Shown here piece by piece: positions 1 to 10,042 of a stretch of 60,463 nt of DNA (position 1 is its first letter; each line of letters starts with the position of its first letter). Made by a program: the position numbers and the translations under genes. Below the pieces are notes generated by a model that saw only the letters and a program-made list of their open reading frames with translations, did no database searches and was not told where the DNA came from. Source of the DNA: an uncultured virus (IMG/VR IMGVR_UViG_3300020042_013559) (taxonomy: Duplodnaviria; Heunggongvirae; Uroviricota; Caudoviricetes); the IMG/VR virus record IMGVR_UViG_3300020042_013559, one strand, 5' to 3'.

Positions 1-2
1 TC

Positions 3-311
3 AATCGAATCAGTAATGGTGTGGTTCCAAACATTTCTCCTTTCCAAAATGGAAACAACTTTACCAACCAGAATTTACCCAAGACAGGATTACCCGGTGC
101 TTTCTTCTGCTGGGTTGCTCGTGAAGTTTATGGTCAGGATAATCCAAAATGGCTGTTGTTCCGCCAATGGATGCTGACCAAATCACCAAAATGGTTCATG
201 CATTTGTACATTGCATTTGGTGCATCGTTTGCTAAGATGATTCGAAATCGTACTTTTATTAAGAATTTGATAAAAAAATGGATGGATTCAAAAATAAAAG
301 AGATTTTTTAA
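3..311 (+). CDS. 3' end of a gene running in from outside the window; C-terminal CWVAREVYG-type domain, probably virion-associated
   Basis: Frame is open back to base 3; ends in CWVAREVYGQDNPKWLLFRQWM...YIAFG; lies directly upstream of the baseplate hub genes. Confidence 0.6.
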   Translation, partial: NRISNGVVPNISPFQNGNNFTNQNLPKTGLPGAFFCWVAREVYGQDNPKWLLFRQWMLTKSPKWFMHLYIAFGASFAKMIRNRTFIKNLIKKWMDSKIKEIF

Positions 312-314
312 TCC

Positions 315-1187
315 ATGAACAATTTTTACTGTAGGATATTCGTTCCTTCAACAGGAACATACGAATATTTTAAAGAAATAAATTTTGTTGCATCCAAAAG
401 CATATCCAAATTCATTCAAAACAATGATTTAAAAGGTTTAGCATTGTTTTTGGAAACTGTTGTAAGGGATAATTGCTATAATAAAGACGTAAATTTTAAT
501 ATACTGGACCTTTTGAGTATTCTTTGTCAGTTACGCAGCTATTGTTATGGTAATGTCATAACTTTTAACTTAAAAAATGAAAATAATGCAAAAATTTCAT
601 TCAAACACAATGTGCAAAGGGTTATTGAATTTGAAGAATTGTTTAAAAAATCATTTGAAACTGTAATACACCATAAAAATATTGAAATTAAATTGGATCT
701 GCCAAGTCATTTAATGGTATTGGACGATTCTGACATGATTTCTGAAAATATAAAATATATTAGTATTGAGTCAGAGAAGGTTCCGTTCTCAAATTTAACA
801 AAAAATGAAAAAGAATCTGTATTAAATTTGTTAACTGCCAATTTTTCTAATAAAATAATGGATTATATACAAGAAAACGTAAAATTTTTGTCAAATTATG
901 AATTTTTTGAAAAAATAAACATTAACACTTTTCAAAATATTACATTAAACCCTTATAATAATTCATTTATAGAATATCTTAAAATTATTTTCAACTATGA
1001 TTTGATGAGTTTGTATGAAATAGAATACTTATTGATAAGAAAGCTTAAATTTTCTCTTTTGGATTTGGAAAATATATCTCTAAATGAAGCTGAATTGCAT
1101 CTTAATTTATATAAAAAAGAATTAAAATCTATGGAGGAACAAAATAGCAAATCTGGTGTTGCAAAAGGTATTGGTCCGGATAATTAA
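315..1187 (+). CDS. Baseplate hub assembly protein, gp26-like N-terminus with gp51-like C-terminus
   Basis: N-terminal VPST...FKEI and DLLSILCQLRSYCYGN resemble gp26; C-terminal LMSLYEIEYLLIRKLKFSLLDLENISLNEAELHLNL resembles gp51; upstream of tape measure. Confidence 0.6.
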   Translation: MNNFYCRIFVPSTGTYEYFKEINFVASKSISKFIQNNDLKGLALFLETVVRDNCYNKDVNFNILDLLSILCQLRSYCYGNVITFNLKNENNAKISFKHNVQRVIEFEELFKKSFETVIHHKNIEIKLDLPSHLMVLDDSDMISENIKYISIESEKVPFSNLTKNEKESVLNLLTANFSNKIMDYIQENVKFLSNYEFFEKININTFQNITLNPYNNSFIEYLKIIFNYDLMSLYEIEYLLIRKLKFSLLDLENISLNEAELHLNLYKKELKSMEEQNSKSGVAKGIGPDN

Positions 1188-1192
1188 TCTAT

Positions 1193-1972
1193 ATGAGTCA
1201 ACCCAACTTAGATAATGTATTATCAAAATTAAAAGAGATTTCATCATCAGAACGCATACAAGTACAGGTTCTGTCCAAGAACAGCAAAGTACCGTTTAAA
1301 CCCATTACAGCAAAGCAACAAAAGGATTTAATTGAAGCTGCTTCATCAGGACCCAAAGCTGCTTTCCTTTATCCAAAAGTTGTCAACAGCATCATTTTGG
1401 AAAACTCTGAAGAAAAAAATATTTTAACCAGTGATCGTTCTCTTATTCTTATGGAGCTGAAAGTTAATTCTTTTGGACCTGTTCATAAGATTGAAAAGGA
1501 AGGCAAAACATATGAATTGGATCTGCAAAAGATACTGAATGAGTTTGATCCATCCACTGTAGCTTTTAATAAGCAAGATTCCTTTTCTCAAGGAGGAATT
1601 ACAATAAACTGTGTGGTTCCTTCACTGGATTATGAGAATCAAATCATAGATGGATTTTTAAAATCTTTTGGTTCTGATTTTGAAAACGAATCAAAACTTC
1701 AAAAAATCATAAGTGATGTGTATATTTTGGAAATTGTAAAATATATAGACACTATAGTGATAAAAGATACTGAATCTGCAACCATAGATTTGAAAACCTT
1801 GAATATTCTTCAAAAAATCAAGGCGGTTGAATCTATTACAGCCAATCTTGTACAAAAAGCTATTGAATTTGTTTCAAAATCCAAGCAAGTGGAAAACAAG
1901 CTTACTTCACAAAAGATTGGTGATGAAACTGTTGATATAAACCTAGATACATCATTCTTTTCAGGTTCATAA
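1193..1972 (+). CDS. gp26: Baseplate hub subunit, gp26-like
   Basis: KVPFKPITAKQQKDLI, DRSLILMELKVNSFG and C-terminal INLDTSFF follow the gp26 pattern; context. Confidence 0.6.
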   Translation: MSQPNLDNVLSKLKEISSSERIQVQVLSKNSKVPFKPITAKQQKDLIEAASSGPKAAFLYPKVVNSIILENSEEKNILTSDRSLILMELKVNSFGPVHKIEKEGKTYELDLQKILNEFDPSTVAFNKQDSFSQGGITINCVVPSLDYENQIIDGFLKSFGSDFENESKLQKIISDVYILEIVKYIDTIVIKDTESATIDLKTLNILQKIKAVESITANLVQKAIEFVSKSKQVENKLTSQKIGDETVDINLDTSFFSGS

Positions 1973-1986
1973 TTGATTTATTTTGA

Positions 1987-1992
1987 TAAATA
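1987..1992 (+). promoter_or_regulatory. T4-type late promoter core TAAATA (tape measure gene)
   Basis: 6 nt before ATG 1999. Confidence 0.7.
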
Positions 1993-1998
1993 TTTGGG

Positions 1999-4900
1999 AT
2001 GACCAGTGAGGAAAGCATCCTATTTTTAGGCAAAACCGCACAAAAGCTTGACCAGCTAGCTTCTGCCTTTTTGGAGGTGAAGCTCAGACAAGAGGAAGCA
2101 TCAGAAAAAGATCGTAAAGCCAAGGAAAAAAAGCCATCAAGAAAAGATGGTAAAGAAATGGCTCGGGATGAAAAGGGTAGATTTCAAAGAAAAGAAATAA
2201 AAATTTCTGAACCTTCTCAAAATTTAAAAATGTTGGCTGAAATTGAAAAAGAATCTAAAAAGCAAAATAAGCTAAATCTACAAGAAAAAGCACCTAAAGT
2301 TGCTGAAAATTTAACATCGACTGAAAGAAAACGATGGGAAAACATAGGTACCATCCTGGGAACAGCTTTCAAAAAAATCTTTGAAGGGCGGCAAAAGGTA
2401 ACACGGCAAAAAGGAACTGGAAAAGAGATTCAAGATCTGGAATTTATTGAAAATGAAAAATTAGAAAAGAAAAAGACAAGTTTCTTTAAAATATTATTAG
2501 CAGCTTTGGCATTTTTAACAGGATTTATTGCAGGATTTATTTCGGAAGTAATTGTAAAATTAAAACAAATATTTGTATTAGTTAAAAGCTTTTTAGCAGG
2601 TTTTAGGGGAAATTTTTTAAAATTACTAGAAGCAATCAAAAACTCAAAACTGGGAAGGTTTGTAGCCCAAACGTTTGAAGCTTTAAAAAGTAAATTCTTT
2701 GGGATTATTGAGGAAATAAAAAACTCAAAACTGGGAAAGTTTGTAGCCCAAACATTTGAAGCTTTAAAAAGTAAATTCTTTGGGATTATTGAGGAAATTA
2801 AAAACTCAAAACTAGGAAGGTTTGTAGCTCAAACGTTTGAAGCTTTAAAAAGCAAGTTCACTAACATTATAAACCAAATCAACAATTCCAAATTGGGAAG
2901 ATTTGTAACCGAAACATTTGAAGCTTTAAAAAATAAATTCTTTGGGATTATGCAGGAAATCAAAAATTCAAAACTAGGAAACATAGTTGCTGACATTTTT
3001 CAAGCTTTAAAAAATAAATTCACAAGCATTGCATCAGCTGTGGGAGATATTAAAATAGGTGAGGTTGTGGGTGGTATATTCAAGGGTATATCAACAAAAA
3101 TTTTACAAATATTTAAAACTATAGGAGGATTTTTCTCAAAAATAGGAAGAATTTTGGATGTGTTTGCTGCTGGAAAGGGTCCTTTATTATTTTTGGAAAA
3201 AATGCTGGCACCATTTCCTAAATTTTTACAATTTATTATCAAAGGTCCTTTAAAAATGCTTTTGCAAGTTTTTGGAGCAGGTGCGGCTTTTGGTAAATTC
3301 TTGCTAGAAAAATTTCCTATAATTTATTTTGTCATTGAAACTATCATCGGACTGTTTAATGCATTTACTGATAAATTAATGGAAGGTAAATCATTTATCC
3401 AAAAACTATTAACAGGAATCATATACGGAATAACAAGTTTTGTTAATTTTTTTGAATTCATAGGACTTAAATTGGTAGATTTTGAAGAAGTTCGGGATCG
3501 TGTGGATAAAGTTTTTTCAGCATTTAAGGATGGATTTTTTAAAGGTTTATTAGAAATAATAAATCAAGTCGTTACTTTTGTTCTTGGAATGGGTCCAAAA
3601 GTTGGTGCTTGGATAGTTGGTTGGTTTGATAAGAAATGGGGTGAAGCTCTTTATGATATAGCTAAAACTGCAAAAAATCCTATGGATATGTTTGTTAAAT
3701 GGTGGGATTTAACAAAAACTAAAGTGGTTGAATATATTACAGAACCATTCAAAAAAATGATAGATTATATAAAAGGTTTATTCACTCAACCATTTGAAGT
3801 TGTAAAGAATTTCTTCTCTGGTGCTATTGAAGGTTTAACCGGTGCTTTTCAACCAGTTTTAAATATTTTAAAAGACACGGTAACATTTATTCCTAATTTT
3901 TTTGGCAATCTTTTTAATAAAGTTAAAAGTTTATTTGATGGTCTGGATCCATCCAGCATTCTTTCAACATTAAAAGATATTGTGGGTTTCCCTGTTCATT
4001 TTATAGGTAACATGTTTAATAAAGTTAAAAGTTTATTTGATGGTCTGGATCCATCCAGCATTCTTTCAACATTAAAAGATATTGTGGGTTTCCCTGTTCA
4101 TTTTATAGGTAACATGATTGATTATATCAAGGGATTCTTTAGCAACATTAATATGGATTCTGTTGTTAATGGAATCAAAACCTTCTTCAAGTATACCCCA
4201 GTAGGACTGATTTTGGACAATATTGATCGTATTAAAGCATTCTTTACCAACATCAGTATGGATAGTATCGTCTCAGGTTTCAAAACCTTCTTCAAGTATA
4301 CTCCCGTAGGAATGATTCTGGACAATATTGATCGTATTAAAGGATTCTTTACCAACCTTAGTATGGATAGTATCGTCTCAGGTTTCAAAACCTTCTTCAA
4401 GTATACTCCCGTAGGAATGATTCTGGATAATATTGATCGTATCAAAGGATTCTTCGCCAACATTAATATGGATTCTGTTGTTAATGGAATCAAAACCTTC
4501 TTCAAGTATACTCCCGTAGGAATGATTCTGGATAATATTGATCGTATCAAAGGATTCTTCGCCAACATTAATATGGATTCTGTTGTTAATGGAATCAAAA
4601 CCTTCTTCAAATACACTCCAATAGGAATGATTCTGGATGGAATAGATTATATCAAGGGATTCTTTAGCAATCTGAATATAGACAGTGTTATTAAAGGTAT
4701 TAAACAATTTTTCGATTACACTCCAATAGGAATGTTGATTAATAATTTTGAAACTATTAAAAATTTCTTTGGAGATACCTTCGGTAAGGTTAAGAATTTC
4801 TTTACTTTCGTACAGCAAAAATTCGATAGTATTTTTGGTTTTATAGGCGATTTGTTATCAAAAATTTTCAACTTTATAAGAGATAAAGCAAAAAAAATTC

Positions 4901-5397
4901 CTTTAATAGGAAAACTTTTTGAAGGTGAAGACACAGGAGCCAAACAAGAAACCTATGTAGAAAATAAAAATGAAAAAATACCTTTGCTTCAAAATCCTTT
5001 TGAAGCTTCACAAGAACAACCAAATCAGTTCATGCAATCGTTTCAATCACCAGAAAATCAAGATTTTCAATCACAATCCATGTTTCAAGTTCCGGAAATG
5101 GTTCAACCAAATGAAGCCAATAATTTATTCTCCATGGAAAAGGAATCATCGTCACCTGAAGGTTTTGGTGATGTTAAAACAGGAATCGAAGATTTAAACA
5201 AAAATTCATCTGTAAATTCAAAGATAGCAGTTGATCAACTGCGTGAAATAAAGGAATTAAACAAAAAAATGGAACAACTTGTTGCACAATTAGCATCTAG
5301 TAGAGCCATGGTTGTTAATAACGTTAGAAACAGTTCTGTTAATTCATTCCTTCAACCATCCACAATAAATAGTTTCAGAAGCTCATTCAGAGAATAA
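1999..5397 (+). CDS. Tail tape-measure-like protein (gp29 position)
   Basis: 1132 aa, amphipathic helical, hydrophobic segment LLAALAFLTGFIAGFISEVIV, three tandem repeat families; between hub genes and a gp48-like gene. Confidence 0.75.
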   Translation: MTSEESILFLGKTAQKLDQLASAFLEVKLRQEEASEKDRKAKEKKPSRKDGKEMARDEKGRFQRKEIKISEPSQNLKMLAEIEKESKKQNKLNLQEKAPKVAENLTSTERKRWENIGTILGTAFKKIFEGRQKVTRQKGTGKEIQDLEFIENEKLEKKKTSFFKILLAALAFLTGFIAGFISEVIVKLKQIFVLVKSFLAGFRGNFLKLLEAIKNSKLGRFVAQTFEALKSKFFGIIEEIKNSKLGKFVAQTFEALKSKFFGIIEEIKNSKLGRFVAQTFEALKSKFTNIINQINNSKLGRFVTETFEALKNKFFGIMQEIKNSKLGNIVADIFQALKNKFTSIASAVGDIKIGEVVGGIFKGISTKILQIFKTIGGFFSKIGRILDVFAAGKGPLLFLEKMLAPFPKFLQFIIKGPLKMLLQVFGAGAAFGKFLLEKFPIIYFVIETIIGLFNAFTDKLMEGKSFIQKLLTGIIYGITSFVNFFEFIGLKLVDFEEVRDRVDKVFSAFKDGFFKGLLEIINQVVTFVLGMGPKVGAWIVGWFDKKWGEALYDIAKTAKNPMDMFVKWWDLTKTKVVEYITEPFKKMIDYIKGLFTQPFEVVKNFFSGAIEGLTGAFQPVLNILKDTVTFIPNFFGNLFNKVKSLFDGLDPSSILSTLKDIVGFPVHFIGNMFNKVKSLFDGLDPSSILSTLKDIVGFPVHFIGNMIDYIKGFFSNINMDSVVNGIKTFFKYTPVGLILDNIDRIKAFFTNISMDSIVSGFKTFFKYTPVGMILDNIDRIKGFFTNLSMDSIVSGFKTFFKYTPVGMILDNIDRIKGFFANINMDSVVNGIKTFFKYTPVGMILDNIDRIKGFFANINMDSVVNGIKTFFKYTPIGMILDGIDYIKGFFSNLNIDSVIKGIKQFFDYTPIGMLINNFETIKNFFGDTFGKVKNFFTFVQQKFDSIFGFIGDLLSKIFNFIRDKAKKIPLIGKLFEGEDTGAKQETYVENKNEKIPLLQNPFEASQEQPNQFMQSFQSPENQDFQSQSMFQVPEMVQPNEANNLFSMEKESSSPEGFGDVKTGIEDLNKNSSVNSKIAVDQLREIKELNKKMEQLVAQLASSRAMVVNNVRNSSVNSFLQPSTINSFRSSFRE
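2635..3040 (+). repeat. Five tandem 81-bp (27-aa) coding repeats
   Basis: NSKLG codons start at 2641, 2722, 2803, 2884 and 2965; unit IKNSKLGRFVAQTFEALKSKFFGIIEE. Confidence 0.95.
3913..4116 (+). repeat. Perfect 102-bp (34-aa) tandem duplication
   Basis: 3913-4014 reads identical to 4015-4116 (FNKVKSLFDGLDPSSILSTLKDIVGFPVHFIGNM). Confidence 0.95.
4120..4770 (+). repeat. About six tandem 105-bp (35-aa) coding repeats
   Basis: ccttcttcaa recurs at 4181, 4286, 4391, 4496 and 4601, with a diverged copy near 4706; unit FFKYTPVGMILDNIDRIKGFFxNxxMDSxVxGxKT. Confidence 0.95.
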
Positions 5398-5403
5398 TAT
5401 TTT

Positions 5404-6714
5404 ATGCCAGATCTAATAGGAAATATTTGGAAATTTACAAAGAACACTTCTGATAATATTTCACAAGGTTCAAGTGCTCCGCCCATCTTGGTTCCTGCTA
5501 AATTTTCATCTATAGGGTCTTCAACTTCACCTAAAGATGGAAGCAAAGTAAATCCCATACGTAGTCTTGGTATTAATTCAAATACAGGAATGGTAGATGT
5601 TATAAATGATCTTTATTGGACACATACTCCTTTTGGAAAACGAGAAGAAGTTCCAGTTTTATATCTTTCTGAGAAACGATTAATGACAAATGCTTTGGTT
5701 GCTCAAGCATTTTATAGTGCTGCCACGGTTGGATTTCAAGGCGGTCTTTTAAGTAGAGCTGTTAATGCCAGTCAAAATATTGCCCAAAATTTTGGAATAA
5801 ACTTTTTAGATGATATAACACAAAAATTGCAAAACAGTTTGGGTAATTTTGAAAATCTTTTTTCTAAATTAGGAGGTACAATATCTAATGCTCAAAAAGA
5901 TCAAACAACTTTTTTACAAACTGCAGGAAATTCTAGTATATTAAAGTCTTCTGATCAGGTATTGAAAGTATATAATGGAATATACATCACAGAACCTACG
6001 GGATGGAATTATAAACTACCATATTTTCAAGATCGCCATACTGGAATCTCTAATAATTTTTCAGACGAAAACCAAGGTATAGGACAGGGTCCTTTATCAT
6101 TAGGAGCGTCAGATCTTGTGGAAGGAATGGCAGAAGCAACAAAAGGAGCTGCTGGTGCAGTTAATATGTTTCAACCCGGAACTTTTATTGAACGTCCTAA
6201 ATTTTACCAATTTCCAAGCAATGGAGAAACATTTAATGTTAAATTTCCTTTAATCAATACAGGTCATGCAACATTTGATGATGTTATAAGAAATTGGCAG
6301 TTTGTGTTTCTTCTCATTTATCAAAACCGTCCTTCTAGGTTTACCCGAGATCTGATTGAACCTCCTGTCATTTATGAATTGGAATTGCCCGGACAAAAAT
6401 ATATGCCTTTTGCATACATTTCTAAACTGGAAGTTCAATTTTTAGGATCTCGTCGAATAATGGATATTCCTTACATTGACGAATCAGGTTTGGGACAATC
6501 CTCAAGCAAAATAACTACAATCATTCCTGATGGATATCTTATTGATATAGATTTCCAAGGATTGGTGGGTGATAGCAGAAACTTTGACTATGCATCTTTA
6601 AGTACTTCCATAGACATAAGAAGCCAACAAAATGGACAAATATCTTCACCCACTTCTAATCCATCTCAAAACATAAATCCACCTAACGTACCAAACCCTG
6701 GACAAGGAAGATAA
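5404..6714 (+). CDS. Baseplate/tail-tube junction protein, gp48/gp54-like
   Basis: ETFNVKFPL and PPVIYELELPGQKYMPFAYISKLEVQF fit tube-initiator family patterns; lies between tape measure and gp53. Confidence 0.55.
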   Translation: MPDLIGNIWKFTKNTSDNISQGSSAPPILVPAKFSSIGSSTSPKDGSKVNPIRSLGINSNTGMVDVINDLYWTHTPFGKREEVPVLYLSEKRLMTNALVAQAFYSAATVGFQGGLLSRAVNASQNIAQNFGINFLDDITQKLQNSLGNFENLFSKLGGTISNAQKDQTTFLQTAGNSSILKSSDQVLKVYNGIYITEPTGWNYKLPYFQDRHTGISNNFSDENQGIGQGPLSLGASDLVEGMAEATKGAAGAVNMFQPGTFIERPKFYQFPSNGETFNVKFPLINTGHATFDDVIRNWQFVFLLIYQNRPSRFTRDLIEPPVIYELELPGQKYMPFAYISKLEVQFLGSRRIMDIPYIDESGLGQSSSKITTIIPDGYLIDIDFQGLVGDSRNFDYASLSTSIDIRSQQNGQISSPTSNPSQNINPPNVPNPGQGR

Positions 6715-6720
6715 TATTTT

Positions 6721-7092
6721 ATGATTGATCTAGGAAAATATCAGAACGACATAACAAAACTGGGATCATTATCACCTTCTCGTTATGAAAATATTTTTAA
6801 ATTATATCTTGACGGTAATAATAATTATTTTTATAATATATTAAACTCCATAAACATACCTGAAGAAATAGATAAAACTTATTATTATGTGGTTGTTGTT
6901 AACCGCCGCGTACCATGGACAACCATAAGTTATGAACAATATCAAAATATTGATTTATGGTGGCTTATTTGTTTAATAAATAATATAAAAAATCCTATAA
7001 AATTTGCAGAACCAGGCAAGGAGCTTAAGATAATACGACAAGAATTTGTTCCTTTAATTTTAAACAATATTAAAAATACTATTACGTTATGA
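6721..7092 (+). CDS. gp53: Baseplate wedge protein gp53-like (LysM-like)
   Basis: WTTISYEQYQNIDLWWLICLINNIKNP...PGKELKI motif. Confidence 0.8.
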   Translation: MIDLGKYQNDITKLGSLSPSRYENIFKLYLDGNNNYFYNILNSINIPEEIDKTYYYVVVVNRRVPWTTISYEQYQNIDLWWLICLINNIKNPIKFAEPGKELKIIRQEFVPLILNNIKNTITL

Positions 7093-8708
7093 GCATGCTT
7101 CCATCAACAATTACAAATATTGATGATCATTCCGATAAAGTTGTAAGAATAAATGATGACGGTCTTTATTATTATAATATTGTTCTTTTTAATCCGGACG
7201 GTGATGTGGTTCGGATTAAGCAATCCGCAATAAAAGCTTTGGTTTTGGAAGACACGATCAGTAATTTTTATCATGAGGGATATTTAATTTATGAAAATCG
7301 TTTCGATGTTTTAGAATCTATTAATGGAATTGCCAATCCAGGTTCAGATAAAAATGAGTATTTTGCGCAAAATAAAAATGATTCTTTTGTGGGTTATAGA
7401 TTCCGGGGAGATTGTAGAGATTTCCTTTATATTGACATTATGCCTGATGTTAAAGGTAAAGGAACATCAGTACAACAAGGAAATTTTGATGAACAGGATA
7501 AGCGTACTTTTAATTTAAAATTTGCTTTTTCAATTTATAATACTGAAGATGTTTTAGGTGATAGTCCTGAATTAAAATATAAAAAGCTTTATTTTCATGA
7601 TACTAGCTATCAAATCATGAATGAAAAACAGGTTTATTTTTCAACTTCTGATTTGATAAAAAACGATCAAATTATATTGCTAAACAACCAAGATCGAGGC
7701 GCACAAACCGGAATAGCCATTAAAGAATTATTAAAAAAAACATTTACACCTGATGAAAATTATAATATAAAATTTTCAGACATATGGGATGAAGGTGGTA
7801 GTTCACTTTTTTACAGTAGTCCTGCTCAATCAAAAGCCATAGATGATTTGCAATATCTTTTGGATTACCATGTCAGCACAGTGGAATCCAATTATGATAA
7901 TTGTTTTTTAAGAATACAAAGATATACAGATGAATGGAGTTTAACTAGTTATAGTGATCTTTTCAAAAGAGCATATCAATCCTCATCATTTTTACAAAAT
8001 GAAGGCATTACAGGTTTGGGTGGTTCAGACATGATAGAAACCTTTTATTTGGCATTTCCTAGCGATAATTCCTCACCTAAAGACGTTGAAACAAGAATAC
8101 CTGAATTTCAAAACAATCTAGTCACCTTTAACAATTCTAGTATTCTTGATCAATATGAATTCACTACCATGTCAGGAATGGATTCACAAAATGATATCGT
8201 ATCTCACCTTGTTCATAGCCATAATTTTGCAACTCATACATTTCGTATAGATTTTACAAATAATAACATAGAAAGGGCGCAGGAGATATATTATCAAAAT
8301 TATGTTCAAAACATGAAAGGACAAAACGGAAAATCACCAGCAAGTAATTTAACTTTAAACAAATATAGAGAACAGCAAAAAAATATTAAAAACATTTTTT
8401 CTGTAAGTAGTGAAAGTCAAAATCAAAGATTTTCATTTGGAAGAAATCAAATTTTAAAATCTTCTTTGTTTTTAAACAATTGCATAAAATTCAAAACCAA
8501 AGGAAATACCATTCGTCAAGCAGGCAAATTTATTAATATCCAAAGAAACAATCCAGTTCCTAACAATCCTTTTGATGACAAGTATCTGGGAATATATCTG
8601 ATAGTTAAATGCAATCACCTTTTCACTGATACCACCTATAACACAGAAATACTTGCAATCAAAACCTACAATTTTAATGATCTCAAATTAACAAAAGAAG
8701 GATTATGA
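7089..8708 (+). CDS. Baseplate hub protein, gp27/gpD-like
   Basis: C-terminal KGNTIRQAGKFINI...KYLGIYLIVKCNHLF...YNTEI; follows gp53 with ATGA overlap. Confidence 0.65.
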   Translation: MSMLPSTITNIDDHSDKVVRINDDGLYYYNIVLFNPDGDVVRIKQSAIKALVLEDTISNFYHEGYLIYENRFDVLESINGIANPGSDKNEYFAQNKNDSFVGYRFRGDCRDFLYIDIMPDVKGKGTSVQQGNFDEQDKRTFNLKFAFSIYNTEDVLGDSPELKYKKLYFHDTSYQIMNEKQVYFSTSDLIKNDQIILLNNQDRGAQTGIAIKELLKKTFTPDENYNIKFSDIWDEGGSSLFYSSPAQSKAIDDLQYLLDYHVSTVESNYDNCFLRIQRYTDEWSLTSYSDLFKRAYQSSSFLQNEGITGLGGSDMIETFYLAFPSDNSSPKDVETRIPEFQNNLVTFNNSSILDQYEFTTMSGMDSQNDIVSHLVHSHNFATHTFRIDFTNNNIERAQEIYYQNYVQNMKGQNGKSPASNLTLNKYREQQKNIKNIFSVSSESQNQRFSFGRNQILKSSLFLNNCIKFKTKGNTIRQAGKFINIQRNNPVPNNPFDDKYLGIYLIVKCNHLFTDTTYNTEILAIKTYNFNDLKLTKEGL

Positions 8709-9568
8709 ACAATATAAAAACCATAGATCCAGAAATGGTTTCTTTAAATCTTTTCTTTAAAAAAGATTTTTACAAGTCAGCATCAAATTATCTTGATGTT
8801 ATTGGAAATTTTCAAAATGAATTGGATGTTTCAATCAATTGGCAAAAATCATATATGGCCAATGATCCAATTACCTCAAAAACTAATTTCTTTAAAAATC
8901 TGGAAAAAGAAGGTTTTGCAAAATTAAAAACTGATTTTGTGGTTTTTTGGTTAGATCAATACAAAACATCTTTGACCGAAGTACAGGATAAATTAAAATT
9001 TGAAATTGGTGGAAATGGTGTTTATTTCAGAAATACTTCTGATTGTGTAGGTTTATTAACAAGAATGACCAATTACGCAGATTCTTCTACAGAATTGCTT
9101 TCAGATCGTGATATTAAAAACCTGCCCACCCCAGTTTTGTATGGATCCACATTAGATAATAAAGTCAGTCCAAATGCAAAAGTTGTTAATGCATCCTTGT
9201 CAAAATCTACAAACACTTTGTTTAGGTATTCCTGCTTTAATATACAAGAAAAAATATCCAACAACACTCTTCCACACGGCCAAAATTTAATTCCAGATTA
9301 TAATCATTATGAAAGAATGATGAATGCAGTTAATAATTTAACTCAAAAAATACGCCAGGAATATAAAGACTTTTATAGAGTTCTTGAATTTTATGCATCT
9401 TATAATGCATCAGATCCTCAAAGTAATATTCAGGTGGTTCCTCCCACAGTTATTACAACTCTAATCGAAGGTAATCCTCAATATCAAACACAATTGAGAT
9501 CAAGAGCAACAGATATTTTAACTTCGTTTACCAATCAAAGAGCATTGGATGTTATTCCGATTTCTTAA
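8705..9568 (+). CDS. Hypothetical protein, probably baseplate-associated
   Basis: 287-aa ORF coupled by ATGA overlap to the hub gene. Confidence 0.6.
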   Translation: MNNIKTIDPEMVSLNLFFKKDFYKSASNYLDVIGNFQNELDVSINWQKSYMANDPITSKTNFFKNLEKEGFAKLKTDFVVFWLDQYKTSLTEVQDKLKFEIGGNGVYFRNTSDCVGLLTRMTNYADSSTELLSDRDIKNLPTPVLYGSTLDNKVSPNAKVVNASLSKSTNTLFRYSCFNIQEKISNNTLPHGQNLIPDYNHYERMMNAVNNLTQKIRQEYKDFYRVLEFYASYNASDPQSNIQVVPPTVITTLIEGNPQYQTQLRSRATDILTSFTNQRALDVIPIS

Positions 9569-10019
9569 TATTTGAATCTATTGTAACAGATTCTATAGAC
9601 ACAGAAGATTCCATAAGTTTCTTTAGAATATCTTCCCGAGTAAACGTGACTCGATGTTCTGATTCTGTGTTTTTAAGTTCTTTTTTGGATTCAATATCCA
9701 TGATTTTAATCTCTTTGGCTGTTTTATTTTTCTGTTCAGCCAGATTTATTTTATTTAAAGTATCTATGGCAGAAGTACTTGCTTTGACCAATTCAGAAAG
9801 AGCTATTATTTCTTTGCTTTCTGGGCTGTGGGATATATAATCCTTCATTGCCAATATGAGATCATTTGTTTCCCGTATTAATCTTGCCGATTGTTGTATG
9901 ACAAATTCTTCAACTTCTTCTTTTTTAAGTTTTTTATCTTCAACCACTGCAGGACTAGCCAATGCCTGTACTTCATGCAATTGGTCTAAAAGACTCTTGA
10001 CTTCTATTTTTTGATCCAT
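9552..10019 (-). CDS. gp16: Terminase small subunit, gp16-like
   Basis: 155 aa with helix-turn-helix core LIRETNDLILAMKDYISHSPESKEIIALSELVKASTSAIDTLNK and TREDILKKL; late promoter upstream. Confidence 0.6.
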   Translation of the reverse strand: MDQKIEVKSLLDQLHEVQALASPAVVEDKKLKKEEVEEFVIQQSARLIRETNDLILAMKDYISHSPESKEIIALSELVKASTSAIDTLNKINLAEQKNKTAKEIKIMDIESKKELKNTESEHRVTFTREDILKKLMESSVSIESVTIDSNIKKSE

Positions 10020-10024
10020 ATCAT
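9997..10024 (+). promoter_or_regulatory. Sigma70-like early/middle promoter for gp44
   Basis: TTGACT-N16-TATCAT. Confidence 0.55.
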
Positions 10025-10027
10025 ATA

Positions 10028-10033
10028 TATTTA
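10028..10033 (-). promoter_or_regulatory. Late promoter core TAAATA (small terminase)
   Basis: 8 nt before ATG 10019. Confidence 0.65.
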
Positions 10034-10042
10034 GGTTAATAA

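Noticed and set aside
4122..4943. Long - strand ORFs over the tape measure repeats
   Set aside because: Antisense shadows produced by repeating stop-free units; no promoter or protein-like features
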